A stretch of 64,000 nucleotides of DNA from Psilocybe cubensis (GCA_017499595.2 CM039007.1:2852001-2916000); one strand, 5' to 3'; shown: positions 50,369-64,000, counted from the stretch's first letter. Notes: generated by a model from the sequence alone, not told the origin. A program made the numbers and translations.

Positions 50369-51187
50369 CGAAGACGACACGGGTGGCCTGTGCGCAGCCA
50401 CTAGCTCGTAAACATATGCACACGATAATATGAATAGTATCTGCAATTTTGGCTGCCGTGCAGTCTGAGCTTGATGAACCCTCAAACTACTTGTCACAAG
50501 TTTATTGAAAGCAATGTGGGGTTACTTGTGCGATTCATGTTCGCAAATCAGGCCCCGCCATTTACATTAAGCGCCGGTAAACTATGTATATGGGGCTTAA
50601 TAAGTTAATTTATTACGGGTCTGACGATGGTAGGACAGAATCCCCACTAGATGGTTAGGACATTGACAAAACAAGGTGTATATTGGACTGGCACAATATG
50701 TGCCCCTATGGACCATCGTCAATCCAGCTCCTGCCTCCGAATTTTTGGTCTATTGTTCCTATATTCCCCTTACGACGTCTCGGAGATTTTTGCATCCGAT
50801 TATTGACATGGCGTAATGATGAAACTGGAACCGTCTAACAGAGACAGGATTCCCATATAGGAAATGTAGCGATTAACGTTTCAGGGATAACACTGACAGA
50901 GGTAACGTAAGTGCAGGCGAAGTACTAAGAAGGATCGTGTATCTCCGAAGAACGTCAAAGGTTCAGGCACCGAGATGAAGAGATAGCCTTATACGCTCCA
51001 TCACGTCGAATTGAGACCCATCATTGTATTGGGTTAAACCGGTGCTTGATAGTGCCGGATCATTGCTGAATGACCTTTCGTTCCTCGTTTGTTACGGAGA
51101 GTGTTCCTGATGTTTGAACACCACGGGAAGGCGTTATAAGGTCGTAAAAACCATCCTGGATGTGTAGTCTGAATCATTCCACATAAA

Positions 51188-52386
51188 ATGGCAGATCAAT
51201 ACATACCTCCTCAAGTCACCGATAGCATCCGCTTTGAAGGTGTACTTGAGAAGTTTTTGAGCCATACAACCGTATCATTGAAGAAAGTAGGCGTCATTCC
51301 CGTAGCTTGGAGAGTGAGCCTTGTCTACGTATCATTGCATGATAATGTTCTAACTGTTCTGCAGACGATGGCTGGTTACCTTAAAGCCGGTGTGTACCCG
51401 ATGCCCTTTCTCATCCTCGTCTGTTGAAGTAGCCTTATAAATGGATTAACAGTTATTAGAGACGATTGTTTCAAGCTCAAGTTGTTGAGGCAAGAGTTCA
51501 AGCAGAAAGATCACCAGGTATGATTTCGTCTTTTCTTGGAATAACCCCGTAGTGATGCTTGAGTTTTACAGCTCGACCATTTATTCGAAGTCCAGGTAGG
51601 TCATGCTAGGCATTGATCGTGATCTACGTGATTAATTGGTTCATTACTAGTACTTCGTTGCTACATTTTTGCATACCGTTGCGCAGTTTATTTGCACAGA
51701 AAATATCTCCTTCAAACCTGATATCACGGACATCTCATTTGCAGTTATGCTCATAAACTCGAAGGCCAATCTTTATCCCATGAAAATATTTGAGCACAAG
51801 GTCAAAACGGCGTTCTTTAGAGCGGCTCAAATTAAAAGTAAGTTTGTTGTAACATATCTATCTCTATTTTCATTGAAAACATTCATATGTGATAGAACTC
51901 AATGGAGAGCCACAGTACCTCGACGCGAACCTTAGCGCCCTTTACAACTACCTAATGGAAAAAGGAATCATATATTGTGACTACTTGACGAAGCAAGTAA
52001 AGATCTCTGTCAATGATCAGAGTCACACGAACCCCATGTTCAAGAAGATGTTCGTCGACAATCTTGCAGCAAGTCCGTTCTGTCAGGTTTCCGAATGGCA
52101 GGATATCTTCAAAAAATTACGGGATTTCAGTACACCATTTTCGACAACGATAAGCAGCAAGAACTATATTCCGCAGCCATGGATAGACGACAACGTCGTC
52201 TATGACAGCATTGGCGATCACCTTGCATCTCAGCCTCTCGCTCACTCGGAGAAAGATTTTCACGAGGCGATACAACCGTATAATCCTGACTACGTATACG
52301 TTTCCATAGGTATAGAGTTGGCTCCAATGTCTCCTGAGAAATTGAAGTCGATGGGGCTGGTGAAGGAAGATGGGTGGCTGGATTGA
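51188..52386 (+). CDS. HNH-like motif protein, tandem paralogue 2
   Basis: DHQ-LDHLFEVQ...INSKANLYPMKIFEHKVKT; same intron positions. Confidence 0.8.
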
Positions 52387-53179
52387 ATTGTGCCGATAGC
52401 GGGTAAATATTGGAGGTGGCAGGTATGCAGCCACCAGTTGAAAAAATAATAGCATACCAATTATCACTGTTCCAACGTACCTAAAAATAAGAATCATTCG
52501 TCGGATTTAAAAAGTTAACTGAAGATAGGGTGAAAGTTCAGCTTTGCCATTGGATTTTCCTTTCAAATCACGACATCACGACATTTCCTCTACCTAGTTT
52601 CCCTATTCTCTCTCTTCACCAGTGGCCTTCACTTGTCACTGCTTATGAAAGATAATTCAATTTTGCGTTGTGACTAAACTCCCCTAATACGTGCAGCACT
52701 AATCCGCATCTCCGTCGAGTATACACTTGTTTAAAACCCACTCCCTTTCAGTCCTGTAAGTATCAATACCTCATTTCATCCTCTTCATACCGTTCATCTG
52801 ACACCACGCCCTCATAGCACCTCTATTAACGCTTTCTATAACAACTCTACTCGCGCGTCAAACACGCAGCAATGACATAACAAGGCACTTGATTTCCTTC
52901 AATTAATTCGGTTACACCAGTCATCCTCGGTGTCGTATGTAACACCACAGGGGACATACCCACTCGGCACCTCCGGTGTTCAGTATCTCCGACATCTTGC
53001 CCCATCCCCATCAACCACCGAGGTAACACACCTTGACGCATGTCAGGAACGCACACACGCTCATTCTACAGTGTTCCGTTCCCCGAAGGTATGAGTTGTG
53101 TGAGGTGGTGGAATGGAATGAAGTATAAAATGGAGATAGGGTTTAGGTCTATGAAGCCATTTTGCGCGCACAGACTACA

Positions 53180-54407
53180 ATGGCTGACTACGTTGCTCCA
53201 TCAATTGCTCAGAGCTTACGCAGTGAAAGTGACCTCGAAGGATTCTTGCGCCATGCAAACAAGGTATTATTGGATAATGCACAAGTGGCGCTCGCATTCA
53301 GGGTGAGTTTTCATGTATGAATGAAGGTCATTGCTCTGGGGTGGCTAATGGCGCGTTTACTCATGAACCGTAGGCGACTGCTGGCGTCCTCAAAGCAGGT
53401 CTGCATTCGTGTAAATTATTCAAGCAGAGGGTGTCCTAACTTACTTGTTCTAGCAATCAGAGACGATTGTTCCAAGCACATGGTGTTGCGGAAGGAGTTG
53501 AAGAAAAAGGGAAGCCAGGTTAGCATGCAACGTCAATAGCGCAAATGCTAGTCATGATGATGACGCCCGCGTTTGATAGCTCGACCATGTATTTGAAGTC
53601 CAAGTGAGTCACGCTAAGCCTAAGTTCATTTCGTATCAGTTCGATTAAACCGTTTGCTGAAACTTTTCCAGTACTTTGCGGCTACGTTCCTACACACCCT
53701 CGCCGAGCATATCTGTGCAAATCCAAACTTTAAACCCGACGTAACGGACATATCATTTGCGGTATTGCTCGTCAACTCGCAAGCCAATCTTTGTCCCTTG
53801 GGAATCTTTGAGCACAAGTTCAAAACGGCGTTTTTTAGAGCCGCTCAGACCAAGAGTAAGCCGTTTTTACGCATTACACCGTCATATTTCGACAGATTCT
53901 GACTTATGTGATCTTGCTTCTTGTGTAGAATTCAAAGACCCGGAAAATTTGGAGGATAACTTGTCGAACCTCCTGGGCTATTTGAAATCTTATGGCGCCA
54001 TCTTTCAGAAATTCTTGGAAGATATAAAGCAGGATATTGTCAATTATCCTCACTATTCATTCAAAAAACTCTTCATCGACAACCTCTTGGAGACCCCGTG
54101 GTGCCGCCCTGACGACTGGGACGCGATACTGACAGATGCAAGGCTACATCAGACACCGTTCTCAAAGAATATGACGATGAAGAACTACATCCCTCAGTCC
54201 TGGTGGGACGACAACACGTATTTCAAAGGAGTTGCGAAGCAGATTGTCGGTGGAGAAACGGAAGATGAATATATAACGTCTGCGCAGCAGGTCGAGTGTT
54301 ACAACCCTAACGGGTTGAACGAGAATGTCACCATTTACAAGGACGTCATTCCGGAACAATATTTGGCTTTGTTGGGATTAGTTAAGGAGAATACGTGGTT
54401 AGAATGA
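53180..54407 (+). CDS. HNH-like motif protein, tandem paralogue 3
   Basis: ATG 53180 MADYVAPS; GSQ-LDHVFEVQ...VNSQANLCPLGIFEHKFKT. Confidence 0.8.
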
Positions 54408-55035
54408 GGGGTCGTTCGTGGGTTCGTGATTTGGGGTGGTCCGTGCGCAGCTACTAGGTTAATTGAAAACAATTGCGCATAGCATGAAATATACATGTCA
54501 TTGAACCGTTGGTCACAGATTTGCGACAAATATTTGAAGTCCTCGTCGTGAATGAGGACCCTATAGAGTCTGTCATCCATTGATAGGGTATCGTCAGGTT
54601 CTGTCTCCTTACGTTTTGAATATCTTTGTGGGTCTTGCGTGTGTAAATAGTATAACGTTAACTTTGGTAATTGATTGCGGTATCAAATTGATTCCTGATC
54701 GAAACTAATTGTTGACATTAGCTTGGATAACCTCGTTCCGGTGAGGTATAATCCCGAGTTTACGTTTGTGTTGGAGTATGGAGGTCGGGAACTGTTACAG
54801 AGGTATGAGAATGGGCCTGACTGTCATTAATTGTTTCGTCAGGAAGATCAAGTCTCCTTCTCCCCGGAGACGTTTAATCCCGGAGCATCTCGTATGGAAA
54901 AGGCACATAGCGCTGTCACAGTAGCGCCCCTGAAGGGTGAAATGATTTCTCCCACGGGTGTTTGCTTGTTGGTCCCCATGCCCTGAAGAAAGACGTATAA
55001 AGCCATGACGTGTCTTTGGAGCACAGCGCTCGAAA

Positions 55036-56275
55036 ATGGAAAACATCTATATCCCACCAACCATTATTGAGAGCATTCGTAAAGAAACCGACCTTCGGGA
55101 TTACCTAAACCGTGCAGTAGAGCATGCGAAAACTAACGGAGCCACACCGCCTGCTTTCCGAGTGAGCCCTGTTTTCCAGCTACATATACACCCTCTTCCA
55201 TGGGAGCTAACGGATTCATTCGTAACCACCTCTTAGACGATTGGTGGCATATTGAAATCCGGTATGTTCTTGACTACTTCATTTCACATGTGGTGTGTAA
55301 CGTTGTATCTTAGCTATCAGGGATGATTGTTCCAGGCACATGTTAACCAAACAAGATTTAAAGAAGGTAGATCATCAGGTAAGTTCCGCTCTATAGATTC
55401 ACAAGCGCCTGTACTGAATCTGACGCTGACCACGGTAAGCTCGATCACGTTTTCGAGGTCCAGGTACGTTCATCGACTTAAACGTTACACGCGTACAGGG
55501 TTAACAGTGATTTAATTGTCAGTATTTTGTGGCTACATTCCTGTATGCAACTGCAAAGTACATACTGGAGTCGGACCACACGTTCCAGCCAGACGTATCG
55601 GACATCTTGTTTGCGGTACTGCTTATCAACTCCCGTCCCAATCTACAACCATTGCACATCACTAAACACAAGTTCAAAACTGCCTTTTTCAGAGGCGCCC
55701 AGACGAAAAGTAAGCAAACTATCCTGGAGTTCTGGCTTATATCTTAAGATTATTGTTAATGTTATAAAATCTTCTACGCAGAATTTGTAGGCTCCCATTC
55801 CACAGTAAAAGCAAACCTTGACACCCTCAAAGAGTACTTGATCATACACGGGGCCAAGTACAACGAGTTCCTTTGCTCCATATTGGGCACCGTTGTCACT
55901 CCAAAGAAGTATACCAACGCCAACTTCAAAAATCTGTTTATCGTTCAACTTTTAGTGTCTCCATTCTGTCAGAAGTGGTTATGGGATGACATTTTCGAGC
56001 AGGCATTAACGGCGAAGAAACCTTTTTCGAGGAACATGACTATTATGGATTACGTTCCCCACCCATGGCTGGACGACAATGTGTTCTACGATAGCATCCA
56101 GAAGCACGTCCTTGCACAGCCCACCGAAAAGGAAAGTATCCAGGCCGCTGAGGAGGTGGAGACGTACAACGCAAAATATATATATGAAGATATTGGTGGC
56201 GAGGAGCTTGGGCAGATGACAAAGGAGCAGTTAGCTGCGACAGGGATGACGGCGGAAGATGATTGGATGTATTGA
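55036..56275 (+). CDS. HNH-like motif protein, tandem paralogue 4
   Basis: MENIYIPP; DHQ-LDHVFEVQ...INSRPNLQPLHITKHKFKT. Confidence 0.8.
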
Positions 56276-56426
56276 GGATCAATTTTAGCAGAGAGCGATG
56301 GTCAGGAGCGCAACCACTGCATCATGGGAGATGTGTATAGGACATCTTGGTTTCTAACCATTTTTGTATACTATACACCCCAGTAGTTCGGCTTTCTGTA
56401 TCCATTCATACAAGCGATAAAGTTAA

Positions 56427-57059
56427 GGCCCTGTTCAGTACAGATCAGTTTCGGTTGCAGTGCGCATTTCAGTTGCAGTTGTGACCTTTATGTAATACTT
56501 ACCCATGGTCATCCCGTGACTATCCCGATCATTCCGATGGCTTTGATGCGCGATTGAAACTCAGCGCTTCATGCCACGATATTGAAAACTAGTTGTATTC
56601 TTGAGCTCTTATCATCCTAAATGTTGTCGCATAAATGTTACTGCCATAGTATAAGTAAGATTTAGAAGTGCAGATACAGCTTATTCTGACTTTTTGTGAT
56701 GTAAAAAGTCTATTCGGCATCAGCGGCCGAATTGGAAGTCCAGTCATCTTGAACGAAAGAGTTGGTTAATAGAAGGTATGTATCTCAAAAGCGTACAGTA
56801 TCTCCTTAATAAATATTTTAAAGAGCATTTATAGGGAACTTCTACAGGTACAAAGTGATAAATTAAATATGTTTTGACTTGTCATTTTACTTCCGAACGT
56901 TCAAATGGTTATCGGCAACTCAGCCGGTTCAAGCGGCAACTAAATGGTCTCGCGCCGCGCGGAATGTTACACCAATGACAAATATGTCACGCTAAGTCAC
57001 ACGGCAACTGCAACTGAAATGCGCACTGCAACCGAAACTGATCTGTACTGAACAGGGCC
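56427..57059. mobile_element. PIF/Harbinger (Tourist-like) MITE
   Basis: ~55-bp TIR GGCCCTGTTCAGTACAGATCAG...; TAA TSD on both sides; non-coding. Confidence 0.88.
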
Positions 57060-57835
57060 TAAAGAAAGTCGTCAGACGCAGGCAAGATGGTTGTTGATCT
57101 TAATTTCGGATTGTACCCTAAGATCATCACAATCGCATATCGACTGCTGTTTGCTTTGTCGATAAACAATACATATTCAACATGTTCCTACAACGAACAT
57201 CAAAGCGACGGAAATGTAAGTTATCGTCCAAGAAAACATCGCTTCTCAATCTTTACTGGATGACCTGGTATCCATGGAACTGTGTTGATCAGGCACATAG
57301 CATCTATATTATCATAGTTGCTGATGGTGGCTAACTGACGTTCGGCGGATTGGCACCGTATTTAAACTCCGAATCGGTAATCCCCAATTTCACTGCAGAT
57401 ATATGTAACGTCTAATGATGGCGGACTTTGATTCTGACTTGGTATAAGTATAACTCGTCACCACTGCCAGACAGCGACCATCAGGATCAACCATTGTGTC
57501 AACGGGAACAAAGTTAATAAAAGGCTTTAACAGCCCTCAGAAGAAAATCACGGAGATGCACCTTCAAAATATTTATCTTCTCCCCAAGGAATCTGATTAG
57601 AAGATCACGGTAGAGCAGGGTGATGATTTCAGCTGCCATGGCTGGTGGTGTTAACTTCTCTTTTCAGCATGTTTCTATGCCTTGATCATGTTTTCTTAAT
57701 GTAACAATGACAACTGTATGGTAGATTGTAGTATTAGTATCCGATGGACTCTGTGGGATTTTGATTTTTAGAGACATATAAAGCGAAAGATGAATGCATG
57801 ACAATACCACATTGATTCAAGACCGCCAGAACAAC

Positions 57836-59108
57836 ATGCCTGCCCATTCTGATATAATTGTTACTCTCCCACACGACGTCGCAAAAGAGCTTTTATCTGT
57901 TCAATTCAACGCAACAATGGTTTTCAACTTTCTCATGGGTATGAATATCATATTTTTCAAATGTATTAATTTCATTTTCACTCGAATTATTGTTGCAGGC
58001 GTATACACTTTGGTCTACGGGAGCACGGTGTTTCTCTATAGTGCGTCAATGAGTTGATACTTTCATAATTCCTACCAACTTTGCATTGAAAGTGTCTAAG
58101 AAACCAACAGGGAAAAATAAACTCTTTGTGCTACCTCTGACAACCATCCTCTACATATCGCCCTGGTGTATATTTCTCCTCGATTGGATAGTTGCGCTGC
58201 ACAATGCTTGGGTCTCTGTAAATGTCCCCATCATCACGGGAGTGGTAAGTGACATTATTAATTTTACAAGAACTTTGATTGCAGACACATTGTTGGTATG
58301 TGTCCAATACATGATAATTGATAATGCTTTGACCATCTAATTGACTGAAATATACAAACAGATCTGGAGATGCTATAACGTCTGGGGACGTTCAATACAA
58401 GCGATTATCATCCCGTCAATTCTCCTCGTTGTTGAATTTGGTGCGTTGGATGGTTAGTTTACCATCACTTCTATATTAACAATGCGCTTGTGTCACTTAG
58501 CCCTATACCTACTGCACGCAGTGTCATTGGTCAAGATCAATGATCAACGTTTCGCTACAACGAGCCAAGCAGTCACCGCCAATGATAGCATTGGAGCCCT
58601 GCTATTTATTTCCATCGCAACGACTGCTTCAACCTCGTTTCTCATAGGATACAGAATACACATGGTATCAAAGGAACATAGTCTGTCTCCCTCTTCCTCA
58701 AAGTCATTCCGACACATTATTTTCATAATCATCGAGTCAGCTGCCATATACTCCATATTTCTCTTGGCAGATGCTATTATAAATGTGCTCCCATCAACTG
58801 CGTCCCAGCAAAGTGTTTCGGGTAACGTGGGGCAAGTGGTTCAGCAATTTAAGGACTTTGCTACGGTAAAAATCATATATTTCTTTAAAGAAGATGATAT
58901 TTAATGTATGGTGTGACTTCAGGGAATAGCCCCGACGATATTGGTTGCAAGAGTTGCCATGGCACAGATGAAAACCGAGGAGACTCGCGGCGGCTCAGAC
59001 TTCGGTCATCATGCAACATCATCAAACAGACCACCCAATTCTCTCTTCAACAGAGCGGAACCCGAAGCCAATGACAAGCCAAAATCCACAAATATGGAAT
59101 CTGATTAG
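57836..59108 (+). CDS. Agaricomycete-type multi-pass membrane protein, multi-exon
   Basis: FLMG-VYTLVY, ADTLL-IWRCY.VWG, TSFLIGYRI, IIESAAIYS, GIAPTILVARVA; stop 59106-59108. Confidence 0.8.
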
Positions 59109-61382
59109 GCAGTTGCAGAGAGTCGGGGCGAGAATTATACAGACTTGGTGGTGAAACAATTTGTACCTTTCGATTGGTTGATAGACATTCTGTATTTATT
59201 CTTTGTTTACTTTGATAATGCGTACTGGTACGCTAAAACCTGGTTCGCACTCTCCAAACCTGACATTGCAGTAAACCCGGTGACACAATGGCGCTTGTGG
59301 GGTACACTATAGCTGGAATGTACACTAGGGGACTTAGTCATTGGCTAACAACGATATAGAACATTGGGCACATCATCAGTCCTACAATTTACGTTTCTTA
59401 GCTTGTGCAACAACTAAAGTGGTATAAAAGGGAAAAGTGGCAAGTACGAAAACCTAGGCCACCTTTTCAAAAAGCGGGGTTTCCAAAGGGTACGTAAAAA
59501 GGAAACAAATACTGAGCTACTCAACTTCTACTACTAGTGCATTTCTTTCTTGTTTGGCATACAACTTCATCCAAACATAGATTTAATTCCGACATATGTA
59601 CTTTTTCATGCTTTTCTGAATCCACTGATACGCAGTGCAGCTCGCTAACCACGGAAATCGCGCGCACCCCCAAGTCCAATTTCCCACGCTTCACATGACA
59701 CCGGAATATCAATACACCACCGACATCCCCCACCAACACCGATATTCCTCGCTCCCGGTTCGATTAATCATCGGTTTCTAATCTCCATTTCATTCAATAT
59801 ACGTCTCCATATTATTTTAACAATTTTTCTTCATTTTAGAATCGGACTTTCGTGTACAGCGCAGCTTTTCATTTTACCCACATATTCCGAGTAGACACAA
59901 TAGGCGCCCGGTTTCGCACCCTCGCCGTTTCCTCCCCATCCAAGAAAATTTTACATTTAATTAATCTCCTTCTTCTGTAGACTTACTCATATTGTCTTGG
60001 CTTTCTTATTTCATGTTCACTTCGCTTATTTCTTTACAAAGTTTGTTTTACACACACACCCTAGCTTAGTAGTATAAAAGCTAGTTAGACAATTATCTAC
60101 ACAAAAACAGATCGTTCGAATTTCGGTTCAATCGCGCTCTCATCGTTTTTAATTGGTTAGAAGACCAAGGAAACCCTCTCGCACCCTCAGACGCCTCTCA
60201 TAGCGGTATTCCAGGCGTTTTCACTTATTTTATTCATTTTGTTTGCTCGACGCACCTAGGACGCCGCTGGCACATCAACATGAATGCCACCAATTCCGTG
60301 CATATATAAAGTGAGCAAATTAAGTCACTGATATAAAGCCAGAGGTCCGGGGGATGGAAATTAGATTCTAGTAATGCTATTATCATTTTATACATATTAT
60401 TTTGAATATCCCTTTCATTGAAAGTCGTGTCTTCAATATTGAGTGTTGGGGCATCTACTTGTAGGATGGATGATACATACAATTCAAAAGATAATATAAA
60501 TGTGCTGGCGCAAAATGATATAGTTTGCTCTTGCCACAGGCTATTATGTGTAGAAAAATTTGTCATAGAGTAATATATTCCTTGTAGTAAAGTGAAGTCC
60601 GTACTTATATACAATAAAACAATTTTCAGTGCAGGATTACTTAGACGGATTTTGATTGTATTATACTCGAGTAAGTGTCTAAAAAGCAATTTAGCCACAT
60701 AAATTATCTTTATACTGACTGCCAAAAATTGACCCTATAAACCCCAGGTTTGGAGCCCTTGGACACCGAACTATGCATCCGGGACCATTTCTTCGTATTT
60801 GGTATCTACAGAATGTTCAAAGAGATACATTTGGGAATGGGACTTATGACTTTATAGCGGACTCGCGACTCGCCTTTTATACTTGGAATAAATCTGCAAT
60901 CCTGCAATCCTGCAACGCTAAATGGATACCGTAGAAAAACGAAGTCATCCGGCTAACAGCAATATAGAAAGTTTGGGTCGCCATACTCAACAGGAATGAA
61001 TGCTATAAAAACAAAACAAGCACTATACCAACCAATACCATCACAAACTGTAAAGTCAAAACGCCGAGGTGCAAGTTCCAAAAGAAAATGGAATAAAGAA
61101 ATAAAGATATCGATAATTCGAACGAACAAACAAGTCGACGTAGTATAGAGACAGAGACAGAGGGAGAGAGAAAACTGAGGACGATAGCAGATAAAAAAGA
61201 AAGAAAGAAGAACAAGTGGAAATAGGAAATAGAGTTATAAACCACAGAAAAATGTAGAGAGAAACAGAGAGAAAAGGTAGGGAAAAAAGAGAAAAAGAGA
61301 AAAGAAAAAGAAAAACAAAGAAAAGTACTCCAAAAAACGATAAAAAACACACAAATATCACATATCACATATCATCACCGTA

Positions 61383-62102
61383 TCACCGTGGACGCCACCG
61401 ATCTCCACCAGCAGGCGGCCCACCGCCCCTTCTCCCACCACCGCCGCCACCGCCTCTACCAGCGTACCCCCTGTCCCTGTCCCTGTCCTTCTCCCTATCC
61501 CTCTCTCGCTCCCTCTCCCTGTCCCTATCTCTATCTCTCTCCCTATCCCTATCCCTGTCCCTGTCCCTGTCCCGAACACCAACACCGCTACCAGCAAGAC
61601 TACTACTACCACCAACACCCCAATACCTCAGCCCACGCTCGACCTCATCACGCTCCGCACCCGCACCCGCACCCGCACCCGCACCGCCAAACACCACCTG
61701 CTTCGTCCGCGCTTTCTCCCGCATGGCTTGGATGCGCTTTGTCATGTCCGAATCGATAGTGTCCGCGGCGTTCAGAGATGACGACGTAGATGCAGAAGTA
61801 GAGCCTGCATGAGCGCAGTGTCCACGTGTTGCAGGAAGAACGACGGTGCTGGCCTTGGGTGGGGTTTTCAACAAAGAAAGCGGCGCCGGTGGAGGACTCA
61901 CAGGGGGCGTTGACGACAAACTCATCAATGTAGGCAAAAACGGTCGAGGGCGTGAGCTGCTCGGCGGAGTCGGTGCGCGCTTGACTGGCGATGATGTCAC
62001 ACCTGGAGGGAGCGGCGGGGGCCTGTGCGCGCCATTTACAATGGCAGCCGCGGCAGCGGTGAACGCGTCATAACTGGATCCAGTGAGGGCGGGCTTGGGC
62101 AT
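61383..62102 (-). CDS. Low-complexity Pro-rich / RD-RE repeat protein, possibly a truncated 3' gene fragment
   Basis: 239-aa ORF ending (RD/RE)n-RGG-rich...GGDRWRPR; in-frame stops lie shortly upstream of the ATG. Confidence 0.45.
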   Translation of the reverse strand: MPKPALTGSSYDAFTAAAAAIVNGAHRPPPLPPGVTSSPVKRAPTPPSSSRPRPFLPTLMSLSSTPPVSPPPAPLSLLKTPPKASTVVLPATRGHCAHAGSTSASTSSSLNAADTIDSDMTKRIQAMREKARTKQVVFGGAGAGAGAGAERDEVERGLRYWGVGGSSSLAGSGVGVRDRDRDRDRDRERDRDRDRERERERDREKDRDRDRGYAGRGGGGGGGRRGGGPPAGGDRWRPR

Positions 62103-62544
62103 ATTGATACTGGGGAACCCATGTCGATATCGTGGCTTCTACCCGCTTCAGAATGCGTCTTCGTTTGGGCGTGGTGAAAAGGATGATCCCAAAGCATTGT
62201 CAAATGAGCATGTTCGATTATTTATACAAAAGGATACTCTGAAGCGGCTATCTAATGATTCCAACACAATTCATTCATTTTCCCAACATCTATGCTTGAT
62301 TTAGTACACCGGACCGTTACTTGAAAATGTAGAGAATATATGTCGACCCATAAATTCCGAGACTGTATGCTTTAATCCTCCCCCAAGTTAACTTTCTCAC
62401 GGCCCACAACTTTCAATTAACAAGTACAAATTTTGCCACCACACGATGAGCTAAACAATGCACTAACATAACCCTGAACGCACTGACACACCCTGACCAA
62501 TTTATAGATCATTGGAAACATGCACTGATATTGCACTGACATTA

Positions 62545-64000
62545 CTTGTTTTAGTGGGCCACCGCGGAGCGTGGCATGACGAGTCTTTACGATTCAGCGT
62601 CATGCTTTGTAATAATATAATATATATATAATATAATATAAATATGTCCAACTTTGACGTGGATATCGGTGCAATGGACGAAGTGATATTCAGACTCCAA
62701 GGCATAGTTAGCGACAAGATGCTACCACCAATGGCAAAGCCTGCTTCGTACGTCCACTCCATTGAGGTGAATTAATTACAAATGAGGACTGTTACAGCCG
62801 CAACAGAACGGTCAAGCAACAACCATATTTACGTACCGCCATTGCTATCACGGGACTTGGAGACATTGTGTTCAATAAGGTGATGGAAAAGCTAGAAGAA
62901 GTTTTCCTCCGTTTTGCAAACAATTTTCCCACGGACAGCGTCAGCGGCTATGACCCAGTTCTTCACAAAGACACGGGTTTCAATGTTTTCCATGCGCATA
63001 GCCAATATTTCACGAAGGTATCCGCATAACAAGACAAATCTGACAACATAGGTTTTCATCCCCTGGTCGACCCTGATAACGTGTTGGCATCCATGGTAGG
63101 GGACAGTTTCATCCACGCAATCGATAACAAGGTACAGTTTCTTCGTCGGGAGATACTTCCTGACGGAACAGCCAGGTATGTTTAGAAAATACCAACAACA
63201 CATCACAACCAAACTAATATCATGTTGCAACAGATATTATTCTTATAATCCTGCCTCCATACGAATTGGAGACATTGTCGAGATCAGTGTTGCCTTTGTT
63301 GCATTTCCTGCCCAAGGAAACAAGTACAAATTTGTTGTCGCTCTTCGCGGAATACTTGTCTTGGACCAGGAGGGAAGAGAGGTAAGCAATGTGACATTGA
63401 ACAGTCTCATAGCCATTCATAACTTCCAACAGAAAGCTGATATTCTCAGAATGCGGTCGCGCTATACTCCAGCGAAAAGACAGGTTGCTGTTTTGTGTAG
63501 GACAAAGAGGCAGCTGTACAAAGGTCAGATTGACATTGAAGACACGCAACAGAGGATGGCACGTATGCGCTTAAATGAGGACACAGTCCACAATAGCAAT
63601 ACTATATCCCAAGATTAATACATATGTACATAGAAAGACAAGGATATCATAAATGTGCTGAACAAACAATCAATCCATTTGCGTGAACATTGTAAATAAC
63701 AAGGAATAATTTGTCAAGTCATTTTCATGACAGAAATTATCTGAAGGTGTTAGTTGGCACCCCATGGGAGAATTCTGCGTACACTGTACACAGAATATTC
63801 CCACACTCGGCTGAATATCGGGAGAGGTTGACCGTGGGAATATTCTGCGTACACTGTACGCAGGATATTCCCACGCTCATCCGCAAGTCAAACTTACAAA
63901 TTAAGACAAAAAGAATGAGGACGAGAACACAAGTTTATTTCGAACAAAAATTTGACTAAGGATGGAAGAAATTACAAATATCCATTCCACAAGAGGCTTT
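62545..64000 (-). mobile_element. Second copy of the Helitron-like element (3' portion; runs off the window)
   Basis: Near-identical reverse complement of ~12400-13920; similarity stops exactly at ...ctaaaaCAAG|T. Confidence 0.9.
62644..63618 (+). CDS. Second copy of the cargo gene at 12847-13821
   Basis: Same exons with only a few substitutions. Confidence 0.7.

Noticed and set aside
59200-61000. AT-rich, stop-riddled region that might be a decayed retroelement
   Set aside because: No LTR, TSD or unambiguous protein motif could be read; ORF 60234-60725 looks spurious.
61003-61759. Hydrophobic and Pro/Cys-rich ORFs (61003-61368, 61056-61361, 61358-61618, 61388-61759)
   Set aside because: Artefacts of a purine/pyrimidine-skewed tract and alternative frames of the RD hexamer repeat.

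Overview
Intron-rich fungal DNA from a basidiomycete, most likely an agaric (short GT-AG introns with CTRAY branch sites, Agaricomycete-type gene families). Host genes: an HMG-CoA reductase apparently lacking its membrane domain (runs off the left edge), a GPI-type MP88-like glycoprotein, three paralogous secreted proteins with a possible peptidase-G1-like fold (one fused to CBM1), an intronless FolC/FOL3 folate ligase, a stand-alone TPR ORF, two multi-pass membrane proteins, a Cys-rich single-pass protein, two TPR-CHAT caspase-like protease genes (one pseudogene; one intact and N-terminally fused to a p23/Sba1 CS domain) and four tandem paralogues with an HNH-like motif. Mobile DNA is dense: a young full-length Ty1/copia element inside a TIR element, nested Helitron-like elements with non-canonical TT...CAAG ends and two cargo genes (second copy at the right edge), three TATGGCTG-ended elements with 6-bp TSDs, a CAC...GTG element and a Harbinger-like MITE. 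Main highlights: (1) each copia LTR holds an intron-containing copy and a precisely spliced copy of the same sequence, which could let the element keep 5' introns through reverse transcription; (2) the p23-TPR-CHAT fusion lies next to the HNH-like array and may be an immunity or cell-death locus. All family calls are by eye from motifs; no database searches were run.
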